A DNA stretch of 64,000 nucleotides, taken from assembly GCA_020724425.1 (NCBI GenBank), contig DYGY01000003.1:65233-129232 (forward strand), read 5' to 3'. A program made the translations under genes and the position numbers. Below, in pieces: positions 1 through 9,046 of the stretch. This DNA is from Thermaerobacter marianensis. GTDB taxonomy: Bacteria > Bacillota > Sulfobacillia > DVGY01. How positions within the stretch are numbered: the first letter of the stretch is position 1; each line of letters starts with the position of its first letter. A model generated the notes under the pieces. The model was not told the origin of the DNA and made no database searches. It worked only from the letters and a program-made list of their open reading frames with translations.

Positions 1-1081
1 CAACCAAGAAACGATCACCAACAAACCCTTCATCTTTCTTCTTTAAGGTAACTAAGAAAGGCAAATCAGTATATTTCTTGGCATACTCAAGAAAATATTC
101 AGTCTCTCTCTCCATATAGAATTCTTTAAGGATTACATGGGTCATAGCCTGGGCTAAGGCTCCATCAGAACCAGGCTTAAGTGATACCCAGCTATCAGCA
201 AACTTCACAGATTCAGCATAATCAGGACTAACTGCCACTACCTTGGTTCCCTTGTACCTAACCTCAGTCATAAAGTGAGCATCAGGAGTTCTTGTTAAAG
301 GTACATTAGAACCCCACATCATCAAATAACCGGAATTATACCAGTCACTGCTCTCAGGTACATCAGTCTGCTCACCCCAGATTTGTGGTGAAGCAGGTGG
401 TAGATCAGCATACCAGTCATAGAAACTCATCATTGGTGAACCAAGCAACGAAAGGAAACGAGATCCTGCGGCGTAACTAACCATGGACATGGCAGGAATA
501 GGGGTAAAGCCAGCAATTCTATCAGGGCCATACTTGTCCAGCGTATAGATTAGGGAAGCAGCCATAATCTCATTTACTTCTTCCCAGGATGACCTGACAA
601 GACCACCCTTACCTCTAGCTGACTTATACTTTCTAACCTTATCCTCATCTTCAATAATACTCTTCCAGGCTGCTAGAGGATCAGCATTTTGCTCTTTAGC
701 TTCCCGCCAGAACTTTAGCAGGATCCCTCTAACATAGGGATGCTTAACCCTTAACGGACTGTAGGTATACCAGGAGAATGAAGCACCTCGAGGACAACCC
801 CTTGGTTCATACTCAGGAAAATCAGGTCCAGTTGAAGGATAATCAGTCTGCTGACCCTCCCAGGTAATAATGCCGTCCTTAACAAAGATCTTCCAGCTAC
901 ATGACCCCGTACAGTTAACACCATGAGTAGATCTCACAACCTTATCATGCTGCCAGCGATTGCGATACACCTTTTCCCACTCACGGTCCTGTGAGTCTAG
1001 CTGACTCCACCCATCAGAATACTTCTCCAGGGGCTTAAAGAAACGTAGCCTCTTTAACAAACGTGATGGCTCTTTCTTCAT
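1..1081 (-). CDS. narG: Respiratory nitrate reductase alpha subunit (NarG-like Mo-bisPGD enzyme), N-terminal ~360 aa only; the gene continues beyond the left window edge
   Basis: Reverse-strand translation begins MKKEPSRLLKRLRFFKPLEKYSDGWSQ...VRSTHGVNCTGSCSWKIFVKDGIITWEGQQTDYP...GCPRGASFSWYTYSPLRVKHPYVRG. This is the NarG N-terminal FeS0/Mo-binding signature. The ATG is at 1079-1081. The ORF track omits it because it is partial. Confidence 0.75.
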   Translation of the reverse strand, partial: MKKEPSRLLKRLRFFKPLEKYSDGWSQLDSQDREWEKVYRNRWQHDKVVRSTHGVNCTGSCSWKIFVKDGIITWEGQQTDYPSTGPDFPEYEPRGCPRGASFSWYTYSPLRVKHPYVRGILLKFWREAKEQNADPLAAWKSIIEDEDKVRKYKSARGKGGLVRSSWEEVNEIMAASLIYTLDKYGPDRIAGFTPIPAMSMVSYAAGSRFLSLLGSPMMSFYDWYADLPPASPQIWGEQTDVPESSDWYNSGYLMMWGSNVPLTRTPDAHFMTEVRYKGTKVVAVSPDYAESVKFADSWVSLKPGSDGALAQAMTHVILKEFYMERETEYFLEYAKKYTDLPFLVTLKKKDEGFVGDRFLV

Positions 1082-1207
1082 TTCGCCTCTCCTTTCACCA
1101 TATTCTCAACAGAACTCTTCCATTTTGTTTATCATAGCAAACAAAGCTTACTAAACAATGAACCGAATCTTACAGGGATATAAACAAAAGCTTAACAAAA
1201 TATTAAT

Positions 1208-1229
1208 GGGAAGGGTTTTTCCCCTTCCC
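1208..1229 (-). terminator. Rho-independent terminator after the response-regulator gene
   Basis: GGGAAGGG-N5-CCCTTCCC hairpin followed on the minus strand by a U-rich stretch, directly after the stop at 1232. Confidence 0.55.
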
Positions 1230-1231
1230 AC

Positions 1232-1945
1232 TCAAGTTCTATGTCCATTTTTGTTAAAACGATAACCAACACCCCAGACCGTCTCAATCCAGCAAGGAGT
1301 TGACGGATCATCCTCAATCTTCTCCCTGATTCTTCGTATCATCACAGTTATGGTTTCCGGGTCCCCTAAATAATTGCTCCCCCAAGCAGCTCCCGCTAAC
1401 TGATCTCTGCTTAGAGCCTGTCCAGCATGCTCAGCCAGAGTAAATAGCAGAGATAATTCCCCGGCAGTTAAGTAGACTGGGTGTCCATCCTTTTCCACTC
1501 TCTGTTCACCCTTATCAATAATAAGTGATCCAAACTGCAACCTCTCCTTAGAATCAGTTTTCACTGTCTCCTGACTACGCCTTAAGATAGCCTGAACCCT
1601 TAATACAAGCTCCTTTGGACTAAAAGGTTTGGTAACATAATCATCCGCACCAAAACGGAATCCCATCACCCTATCTAGCTCATCATCCTTTACCGAAAGG
1701 ACAATGATTGGTACAGGACTCATACTCCTAATCCTCTGAACAACCTCAAATCCATCTAGTTTTGGCATCATTAGATCAACAATCAACAAATCAGGATTCT
1801 CCTGAGCAAATCGGGTAAGTGCCTGTTCACCATCAACAGCACTAACCACAGTAAAGCCTTCTTTGCTCAAGATGTCTTCTAACACCCTGCGAATCTTAGG
1901 TTCATCATCAGCTATCAGAATCTTCTGACCTGCCAACACCATCAA
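1232..1945 (-). CDS. OmpR-family response regulator (receiver + winged-helix domains)
   Basis: [18 protein letters not shown]...[14 protein letters not shown] receiver motifs; C-terminal [25 protein letters not shown]...WGVGYRF winged helix. 4-bp overlap with the upstream kinase gene. Confidence 0.9.
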   Translation of the reverse strand: MMVLAGQKILIADDEPKIRRVLEDILSKEGFTVVSAVDGEQALTRFAQENPDLLIVDLMMPKLDGFEVVQRIRSMSPVPIIVLSVKDDELDRVMGFRFGADDYVTKPFSPKELVLRVQAILRRSQETVKTDSKERLQFGSLIIDKGEQRVEKDGHPVYLTAGELSLLFTLAEHAGQALSRDQLAGAAWGSNYLGDPETITVMIRRIREKIEDDPSTPCWIETVWGVGYRFNKNGHRT

Positions 1946-3807
1946 CCCTTTCTCTGCAAACTCCTCACGGCTGTTGGTAAAGTGAAGCTAAAAGCAGCAC
2001 CTCTTCCCAACTCACTCTCTACCCATATTTTTCCTCCATGCATTTCAACAAGTCTTTTTGTTAAAGCCAGACCAAGCCCAGTTCCCGAATGAGCCCTTGA
2101 AGAAGACCCATCAACCTGTCTGAATTCATCAAAAATCAGATCATGATCCTCTTTAGCAATCCCAATACCATTATCACTAACAGTCACTATAACCTGCCTG
2201 TTTTCTTCATCATTGACTACTCTTAAGACTACCTCACCATCTCTAGATGTAAACTTAACGGCATTAGCCAGCAAGTTAACCAAAACCTGCCTAATTCTTT
2301 TGCCATCAGCCCAGACCAAACCATTCTTCTCAGGCCATTCCTCCTTCAGATGAACTCCTTTCTGCTTAGCTAAAATCCCAATACCCTTCCTCAATCCCCC
2401 TACAATTTCCCGTAAATCTTGGGTCTCCGGATAAAGAGTCATCTTTCCTGCCTCAATCTTTGCTAAATCAAGCAAGTCATTTATCAGATTTAATAATTGA
2501 CTGCTGCTCTCATAAATCTCCTTAAGGTAACTATACTGCTCCTCGTTAATATCTCCAGCAACCTCATTCTGCAAAAGCTCTGTAAAGGCTAAAATCGAAG
2601 TCAAAGGAGTCCTCAACTCATGACTCATATTGGCAAGAAACTCAGACTTTAACCGATTAGCACTAGCCAACTCTTCATTAGCTTCAGCCAACCACAAACT
2701 CTGCTTCTCTAGTTCTGCATTAGCCCTCAATAGTTCCTCTCTTTGATCAGCAATACTCTTAACCATCTTGTTAAAGGCTACCGTTAGATCCTCGATCTCA
2801 TCACTAGTCTCAGGATTATATACCTGAACCCTCAAATTACCTCTCTCAACAGACTTCGCCGCATCTGCCAACTTAAGAATTGGTTCAGTTAAACCCCTAG
2901 AAAGAATAATGGATGCAACAACTACAAGAATAACCCCAACAAACAAAATCACCGCGGTCCACATGGTCTGAACCTTAACAGGAGCAAAAACCTCCGTAGT
3001 CTCCATAATCGCTAGCAAAGTCCAGTTAAGACCGGGATAAGGTCCATAACCAGAAAGATTTGTATAGCCAGTAATTACGGATCTTCCCCCAATTTCCTCC
3101 CGAATAACTCCACCCTCATGATAATCAGCATACAACACCTTACTACCAGCCCAAACTTCCCCCGGTAGGATTGGCCCATCCTTATCCACAATAACTCTTC
3201 CCTGACTATCTACAAGATACGCTGTTCCAGTGTCACCAACCTTTAAGGCCTCCACATGCCTTGCTACAGAAGACATCTTAACTTCAGTATGAATAACCCC
3301 TGTAACACTTCCACCAGAATCTAAAACAGCAGTAGTGAAACCAACCACCGGCTTATAACCAGACAAATATGATTCATAAACATCATAAACAAGAATCTCT
3401 CCCGGTTTGCTAATAGCTTCCTGAAACCACTCCTCCTCACTCACATCTATACCAATGGTTACCTGATTAGACGAACTGCTAATAACTCCATCTAGACCAG
3501 CATACCCTAACCAGGAATAGGGTTCATAGGTATCAAGAATTAAACCAAAAAAACGATTCTGTTCATAAACAAGCTCATCATCTTGAAACATAGGCAACTT
3601 GGCATAATGATTTATATCAACATAACGAAAATACAATAGTTCTTCAATACGAGCAGCAGCTGGTCCAGGAATAGAAGCCACCTGTCTTTCTGCATTCATA
3701 GCTATCTCTCTGGCGCCAATAAAGGAACTAACAGCCGCTGCACTAAGAGGCACAATGCCCAATAACAGCATTGCTAAAAGAACCTTGCTACGAACACTCT
3801 TTAACAA
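1942..3807 (-). CDS. Sensor histidine kinase with a large extracytoplasmic (dCache-like) domain, HAMP, HisKA, HATPase_c
   Basis: N-terminal TM; ~250-aa periplasmic domain; second TM; H-box [11 protein letters not shown]; N/G1/G2 boxes ([26 protein letters not shown]). Confidence 0.9.
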   Translation of the reverse strand: MLKSVRSKVLLAMLLLGIVPLSAAAVSSFIGAREIAMNAERQVASIPGPAAARIEELLYFRYVDINHYAKLPMFQDDELVYEQNRFFGLILDTYEPYSWLGYAGLDGVISSSSNQVTIGIDVSEEEWFQEAISKPGEILVYDVYESYLSGYKPVVGFTTAVLDSGGSVTGVIHTEVKMSSVARHVEALKVGDTGTAYLVDSQGRVIVDKDGPILPGEVWAGSKVLYADYHEGGVIREEIGGRSVITGYTNLSGYGPYPGLNWTLLAIMETTEVFAPVKVQTMWTAVILFVGVILVVVASIILSRGLTEPILKLADAAKSVERGNLRVQVYNPETSDEIEDLTVAFNKMVKSIADQREELLRANAELEKQSLWLAEANEELASANRLKSEFLANMSHELRTPLTSILAFTELLQNEVAGDINEEQYSYLKEIYESSSQLLNLINDLLDLAKIEAGKMTLYPETQDLREIVGGLRKGIGILAKQKGVHLKEEWPEKNGLVWADGKRIRQVLVNLLANAVKFTSRDGEVVLRVVNDEENRQVIVTVSDNGIGIAKEDHDLIFDEFRQVDGSSSRAHSGTGLGLALTKRLVEMHGGKIWVESELGRGAAFSFTLPTAVRSLQRKG

Positions 3808-3940
3808 ATCTGTCGCCCCCTTTTCCTAATTATATCAAGATAAGCTGACACAAAACTACAAAAAAGGTATCTCCTCAAAAAATCACCGGAAATTCTATAG
3901 CATATCCAAACCCAAAAATACTAATAATTCTAACAGGAGG

Positions 3941-4249
3941 ATGATTAGTATGGTAAATAACCAGCAATTAGTTCCAGGAACCAACCTAAAGAGATTAAAA
4001 TATGAAGTGGCTTCAGAAATACCATACTTTGGTGGCCCCATCCCAAACGATCAGGAATATAAATCCCGACTCGACAACCTCAAGTTCCAAGTAGCCCAGG
4101 AACTCCAGATACCTCTAAACAGAGGCTATAATGGAGAACTAACTTCCAGACAAGCTGGAGCAATAGGTGGTCGCCTTGGTGGTAAAATTGGTGGCCAAAT
4201 GGTCAAAAGGATGATAGCCTACGCCGAAAACCAACTCTCCCAGCAATAA
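3941..4249 (+). CDS. Small acid-soluble spore protein, alpha/beta type (long 102-aa variant)
   Basis: QLVPGTNLKRLKYEVASE...GGQMVKRMIAYAENQL matches the two conserved alpha/beta-SASP helices. AGGAGG SD lies 11 nt upstream. Confidence 0.8.
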   Translation: MISMVNNQQLVPGTNLKRLKYEVASEIPYFGGPIPNDQEYKSRLDNLKFQVAQELQIPLNRGYNGELTSRQAGAIGGRLGGKIGGQMVKRMIAYAENQLSQQ

Positions 4250-4253
4250 GTTA

Positions 4254-4280
4254 CCCGGGGATATCCCCGGGCCTTTTTTT
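4254..4280 (+). terminator. Rho-independent terminator of the SASP gene
   Basis: CCCGGGGATATCCCCGGG perfect palindrome followed by TTTTTTT. Confidence 0.85.
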
Positions 4281-4330
4281 GTAAAGGAATCCTTCTTATT
4301 CTAGAGAATACTTCTCTCAACCAGAGAGGA

Positions 4331-5188
4331 GTGTGCCTTGTGAAAATCGGTATAGTCACCGATAGCTCAATAAGTCTCCCAGAAAATCTTCTAAAACAAC
4401 ATAACATTCATGTCATCCCCATCCTAATTACTCATGGTGAAAAAACATACAGGGATCGTATTGACATTAATACCCTGAAATTCTACAGTCTCTTAGATGA
4501 CAAGACTTATCCTAAAACCTCCCAACCATCACCAGGAGAATTCATCGCTACATACGAACAACTCAAAGAACAATTCCAGGCAATCATATCTATCCATGTG
4601 ACGGCAAAAGCCAGTGGAACCTGCCAGTCCGCCCTCATAGCCCGTGAACACCTAAAGAATCAGGACATCACCATAGTTGACTCAGAAACAACCAGCATGG
4701 GATTAGGCTTCTTAACCCTTGCTGCAGCTAAAGCTGCCCAAAAAGGTCTCTCAAAAGACGAAATCCTAACACTATTAGAACACACCAAGCAACAGATACA
4801 CCAGTATATGGCCCTGCCATCTCTACAATATCTGCGTAAGAGTGGCCGTCTACATGCTGGTCAATCCATTCTAGCCTCACTATTAAGAATCGCACCTGTA
4901 CTAACGATGAAAGATGGAATACTAACTGCAACAGCCAGATTACGTAGCTTTCAAGCAGCTTTGGACCACTCAGTATCCTTGCTCAAACAAGATGTGGGGC
5001 AAGATCCCATCATACTTGGAATAATCCATGCTAATGCCGAAGAAAAAGCAAGAGACTTAGCTACTAGATTAGCTAAAGAATTCCACACCCTAGAAATAAT
5101 TATTAGTGATATTGGTTCAGCATTAGCAGTTCACGGTGGACCCGGAATGCTTGGTTTAGCTGCCTGGAAACAAGATGATATTTGGTAA
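4331..5188 (+). CDS. DegV-family fatty-acid-binding protein
   Basis: KIGIVTDSSISLP..HVIPI DegV N-terminus; 285 aa. The true start is probably GTG at 4340 (AGAGGAG SD at 4323). Confidence 0.8.
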   Translation: MCLVKIGIVTDSSISLPENLLKQHNIHVIPILITHGEKTYRDRIDINTLKFYSLLDDKTYPKTSQPSPGEFIATYEQLKEQFQAIISIHVTAKASGTCQSALIAREHLKNQDITIVDSETTSMGLGFLTLAAAKAAQKGLSKDEILTLLEHTKQQIHQYMALPSLQYLRKSGRLHAGQSILASLLRIAPVLTMKDGILTATARLRSFQAALDHSVSLLKQDVGQDPIILGIIHANAEEKARDLATRLAKEFHTLEIIISDIGSALAVHGGPGMLGLAAWKQDDIW

Positions 5189-5426
5189 CTTCTTCCTTTG
5201 CTTTGGCATATACTCTATCGAGACAGTTTGATGGAGGATGCTCCCCTGACCCTCTTGCCTACCCTGGACCTCCATCTGGCAAACCCCCGAAAGCCCTGTC
5301 TCAGGGCCTTGATAGCAATCAAGGCCCTTCTTGTCATCAATTTGTAAAACTCCTCCAGAATGGATTTTAATTTTTTTGCCGAATATAGTACGATGATTTC
5401 CTAAAGACATTAAAGGCGGTGAAGAT

Positions 5427-6239
5427 TTGCTAAAAAGAAAACAATCCTACCTGCTCCTTACCCTAGTGTTCCTTCTTCTATTTGCTATACCTGCAGAAGC
5501 AGGCACTATAAGGGTTAATGGAGAAGTGGTAGAACTAGATCAAGCACCAATCAAAGAAAACGGACGCATACTAGTACCCATGCGTCCAGTTCTAGAAGCC
5601 TTAGATGCATACGTCCAGTGGTTACCCACTGGTCAGGGTGTATACACAAAAAAAGATAATACCGAAATTTATCTGTTCCCTGAACAGCATTACGCTTTTG
5701 TAAACTATGAACCCGTTTACCTAGATGCTCCCGCTAAAATTGTAAACGGAAGAACCATGGTACCGCTCAGGTTTGTAATGGAGGGCTTAGGAGCTACAGT
5801 CGACTATGACTACGCTACAGGTGATGTTGATATCTATCAAGCTAAAAATGACAAGACAGTTACCACACTAGCAACAACCCATAATCCCGATGATGTAGCT
5901 ACTCTAGCAAGACTGATAGCTTCAGAAGCTCCAGGAGAACCATATGACGGGAAAATAGCGGTGGCTGCTGTTGTAATGAACAGAGTAAATGACTCACGAT
6001 TCCCATCTTCAATAAAGGACGTAGTTTATCAACCCAATCAATTTACAGTTATAAATAACGGGCAATACTACTCCCGTAACATAACAGCTGAAGACCTAAC
6101 AGCCGCAGTCGCAGCTCTTGAAGGAGAGGATCCCTCAAATGGTGCCCTGTTTTTCTTTAATCCAAGACGCACCTCTGATTCATTCCTTCACTCTAGAACC
6201 CCAATTATCGATATTGGTAATCATCGTTTTACCCGCTAA
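5427..6239 (+). CDS. Secreted cell-wall hydrolase, SleB/CwlJ-type (Hydrolase_2 domain) with N-terminal copper-amine-oxidase-like stalk repeats
   Basis: Signal peptide; GRILVPMRPVLEALDA / GRTMVPLRFVMEGLGA repeats; C-terminal LARLIASEAPGEPYDGKIAVAAVVMNRV...NQF...IGNHRF SleB catalytic-domain motifs. Confidence 0.75.
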   Translation: MLKRKQSYLLLTLVFLLLFAIPAEAGTIRVNGEVVELDQAPIKENGRILVPMRPVLEALDAYVQWLPTGQGVYTKKDNTEIYLFPEQHYAFVNYEPVYLDAPAKIVNGRTMVPLRFVMEGLGATVDYDYATGDVDIYQAKNDKTVTTLATTHNPDDVATLARLIASEAPGEPYDGKIAVAAVVMNRVNDSRFPSSIKDVVYQPNQFTVINNGQYYSRNITAEDLTAAVAALEGEDPSNGALFFFNPRRTSDSFLHSRTPIIDIGNHRFTR

Positions 6240-7286
6240 AGCGATCAAATACATGGCATGAGACCATAACAGGGGGCTTGCAGAAGGCCCCCATTCCTCT
6301 TGCCAGTGCAACAAAGCATTCTTATCAATATCTCTTCCCGGCACCTGCTCGGGTAGCTCCCCATCCATACTTTGCTCTTCAATCCATTCAATCAACTTTT
6401 CCGCCTTATTATCATTACCAATCAGGTTATAATACCAGGCTAGCCAGGCGGTTAAGAGGATCCACTCCCCACCACCATAATATGTATCACTCACATACCT
6501 TCGCAACCCACCACCAAGCAAATCCTCTTCAATCTTCCAAACCGTATTCTTAATAAGTTCAGAATCAACCTCCCATAACCCAAAGGGTACACTAACCCAC
6601 AGTAAGCTGCTATCAACCAGCAAAGAATCCTCTTTGACAAACTTAACTAGATGACCCTCCCTAACACCATGAATACTAATATAATCCCTTATCTCTAAAG
6701 CTTTATCTATATATACCTCTTCACCAAGGCAATTCCCGGCAACTTTCAAACCCGCAGCAACAGCTGCCAGTGTTGCTGTATGCACATGCTCGGGATTTTC
6801 TTCCCAACAATCATAATTTGGTAACTGCCAAAAAGCTCTTAGGTACTCAGCACTCAAATAAATAGCTTCTCTATATTCTTCAACACTCTGCCCCGTTAAC
6901 CTTAAGTGTTCATTCAACCCCCATAACCAGGTTCCATAACCATCCAACTGAAAATTACCCCAAGGCTCATTCACTTCCTCACCTGTTAACGTATAGCGAG
7001 TATGTAAGAAATCTGCAAAAGGAATCTCTTCACCAAGAGACTTCCGGCGCAGAAGATTATGAATACGTTCACCCCGACTCACTACAACACGATTAACCCA
7101 TTGATAGAAATTCCTTGCAGCTTCATGTTCACCATACAGATCAAGAGCATAAGCAATGAAGGTTCCATCCCTTAACCAAGAATACCTGTAATGGGCAAAT
7201 GCAGGTGAGGCTACAAAAGCTCCAGTCTCAGACTGATTGTCCAGTATAATCCTTAAACTCTTCATCTTAAGATCCATCTCATCCAC
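6180..7286 (-). CDS. Glycoside hydrolase family 15-like (glucoamylase/glucodextranase catalytic domain only)
   Basis: ETGAFVASP..YRYSWLRDG...(alpha/alpha)6-barrel motifs typical of GH15. 368 aa. The 3' end overlaps the convergent SleB-like gene by 60 nt. Confidence 0.65.
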   Translation of the reverse strand: MDEMDLKMKSLRIILDNQSETGAFVASPAFAHYRYSWLRDGTFIAYALDLYGEHEAARNFYQWVNRVVVSRGERIHNLLRRKSLGEEIPFADFLHTRYTLTGEEVNEPWGNFQLDGYGTWLWGLNEHLRLTGQSVEEYREAIYLSAEYLRAFWQLPNYDCWEENPEHVHTATLAAVAAGLKVAGNCLGEEVYIDKALEIRDYISIHGVREGHLVKFVKEDSLLVDSSLLWVSVPFGLWEVDSELIKNTVWKIEEDLLGGGLRRYVSDTYYGGGEWILLTAWLAWYYNLIGNDNKAEKLIEWIEEQSMDGELPEQVPGRDIDKNALLHWQEEWGPSASPLLWSHAMYLIALAGKTMITNIDNWGSRVKE

Positions 7287-7353
7287 CTCATTTTATCTCT
7301 TCTGAAAAACAAGAACCCTATCGGGTTTTCTCTCACAACACGACATATCCCTG

Positions 7354-9003
7354 CTATGGCTTTAGGTATCTACTAATCCCCTCCCTAATGGCCAAAGCAG
7401 CTCTTTGTTGAAAGATATCTGTGCCCAGCAACTCCTCCTCCTCCCTATTTGTTATAAAAGCCAGTTCCACCAGAACAGCTGGCATAGTAGTTTCCCTCAA
7501 AACAGCAAAATTAGCAGTCTTAATCCCCCTGTCCCTTCTACCTAAGAGACTAACTAACCGAGAATGAATACTCTCAGCTAGTTTCTTGCCTTCCAAAGAA
7601 GTGGGAAAGTGATAGGTTTCTGTACCCTGAGCTAAAGGTGAAGCAGCCCCATTACAATGAATACTAACAAAGATTCTAGCTTTCATCTGGTTAGCCAGTG
7701 CTGCTCTTTCCTCAAGACTAATCCATCTATCATCATCCCGAGTTAGAACAACAAATACCCCCGCATCAAGAAGCACCCTTTGCAACCTTAAAGCCACGGC
7801 CAAATTAATGTCCTTCTCTTTTAACCTGATTCCCATGGCTCCAGGGTCTCTACCTCCATGTCCTGGATCAACTACCACTAAAGCTGATACCACTGGCACC
7901 TCTCCTCCCCCCTCTATCCTAACACCTGGGTAATAGTGGTAGATGATATCCCTATGGCCTCTTCCTACCTGTGCCTGCCCTTCAGCCCCCCATTGACACA
8001 AACCAACACCATGACCAAAACCTCGTGTTTCAATACCCAGCCCAACTACCCAACTAGAAGGTAAACCAAACTCCTTGCGAAACTCTGTAGCAGAATACTC
8101 TTTATCGGCCAAGACTATAGACTTTGGCCTGCCAGTTTCCGGTTTCACCTGAAAAACCCTAGAAGCATCCGAGCTATTATGATAATGTGGGGAATTTTTG
8201 CAGTATTCACAGACTACTGGAGTTAAATAGGGGACTGAAGAACCCCAAACATCCCGTGCAGATACTGTCTGACCACCACAGGTTGAATGATAGACCGCAT
8301 CAATAAGCTCACCCTCAAAAGTTATATATTGATTCCCACATAACCGTGCTACTTTTCTCAATTTCTCCTGATATACGGGATACTTCTCTCCAAAGCGCGC
8401 CATTCGCTCAGCCGTTGACCACCAGGCCTGATGAATCTTTGAATCAGAAGTAAGGTCATAATCCCTTTCATATCCCTTGCCACCAAAAATACGCATTCTT
8501 CTTAAGGCATAGGTCCTAGCAACTATCCCTTGAGCCACCAGACTCTCTAATGAAAACTCAGCTGGCATTTCTGCTGCAACTACCCCTTCCACATATTCTC
8601 TAAGCAACAGTTCTCTTTTGATTTTCTCCTGATGATCAAATAGATCTACCATCAGAAGATCAAAAGCGATTTCCAGACAATTCTCCTGCCATCTCAGTTC
8701 TAACTGATCTGTTTCTAGATACCTCTCCAAATCATAAACAATCCTTACAATATCCTTGCTGAACTGCCCAAAGCGAATCATCTTTATCAACCTATTACCC
8801 ACTTGAATTTCTCTTAGAGCAGAGTCCAACTTTGCCTGTTCCATATCAATAACCAGCCTAGCTGGCCCATCTAATGCAAACACCTTTGCCCTATCTTTCT
8901 CCCCTTGAAAACTAATCTTTAAGATATGGTCATGTCTGTATTTCAATACCCTTTCCTGCTGATCAATTGCAACAATATGCAAAAGGGTCACCTCCATAAT
9001 AAC
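7354..9003 (-). CDS. SpoIID/LytB-domain protein fused to an N-acetylmuramoyl-L-alanine amidase (Amidase_3) domain
   Basis: Central SpoIID-like region (ARTYALRR...YHSTCGGQT..CQWGA), C-terminal VVVDPGHGGRDPGA...VSIHCNG amidase_3 motifs. The start is probably MRVIMEV (9003) rather than 9033. Confidence 0.7.
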   Translation of the reverse strand, partial: VIMEVTLLHIVAIDQQERVLKYRHDHILKISFQGEKDRAKVFALDGPARLVIDMEQAKLDSALREIQVGNRLIKMIRFGQFSKDIVRIVYDLERYLETDQLELRWQENCLEIAFDLLMVDLFDHQEKIKRELLLREYVEGVVAAEMPAEFSLESLVAQGIVARTYALRRMRIFGGKGYERDYDLTSDSKIHQAWWSTAERMARFGEKYPVYQEKLRKVARLCGNQYITFEGELIDAVYHSTCGGQTVSARDVWGSSVPYLTPVVCEYCKNSPHYHNSSDASRVFQVKPETGRPKSIVLADKEYSATEFRKEFGLPSSWVVGLGIETRGFGHGVGLCQWGAEGQAQVGRGHRDIIYHYYPGVRIEGGGEVPVVSALVVVDPGHGGRDPGAMGIRLKEKDINLAVALRLQRVLLDAGVFVVLTRDDDRWISLEERAALANQMKARIFVSIHCNGAASPLAQGTETYHFPTSLEGKKLAESIHSRLVSLLGRRDRGIKTANFAVLRETTMPAVLVELAFITNREEEELLGTDIFQQRAALAIREGISRYLKP

Positions 9004-9046
9004 TCTCATATATTGTATGGCAGGTATTACCAAGGAGGTACACCAA

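Noticed and set aside
3808-3940. Sigma-G promoter upstream of the SASP gene
   Set aside because: Only a weak CATATCC -10-like element, without a properly spaced GnATA -35. It is not reportable without a position-weight-matrix scan.
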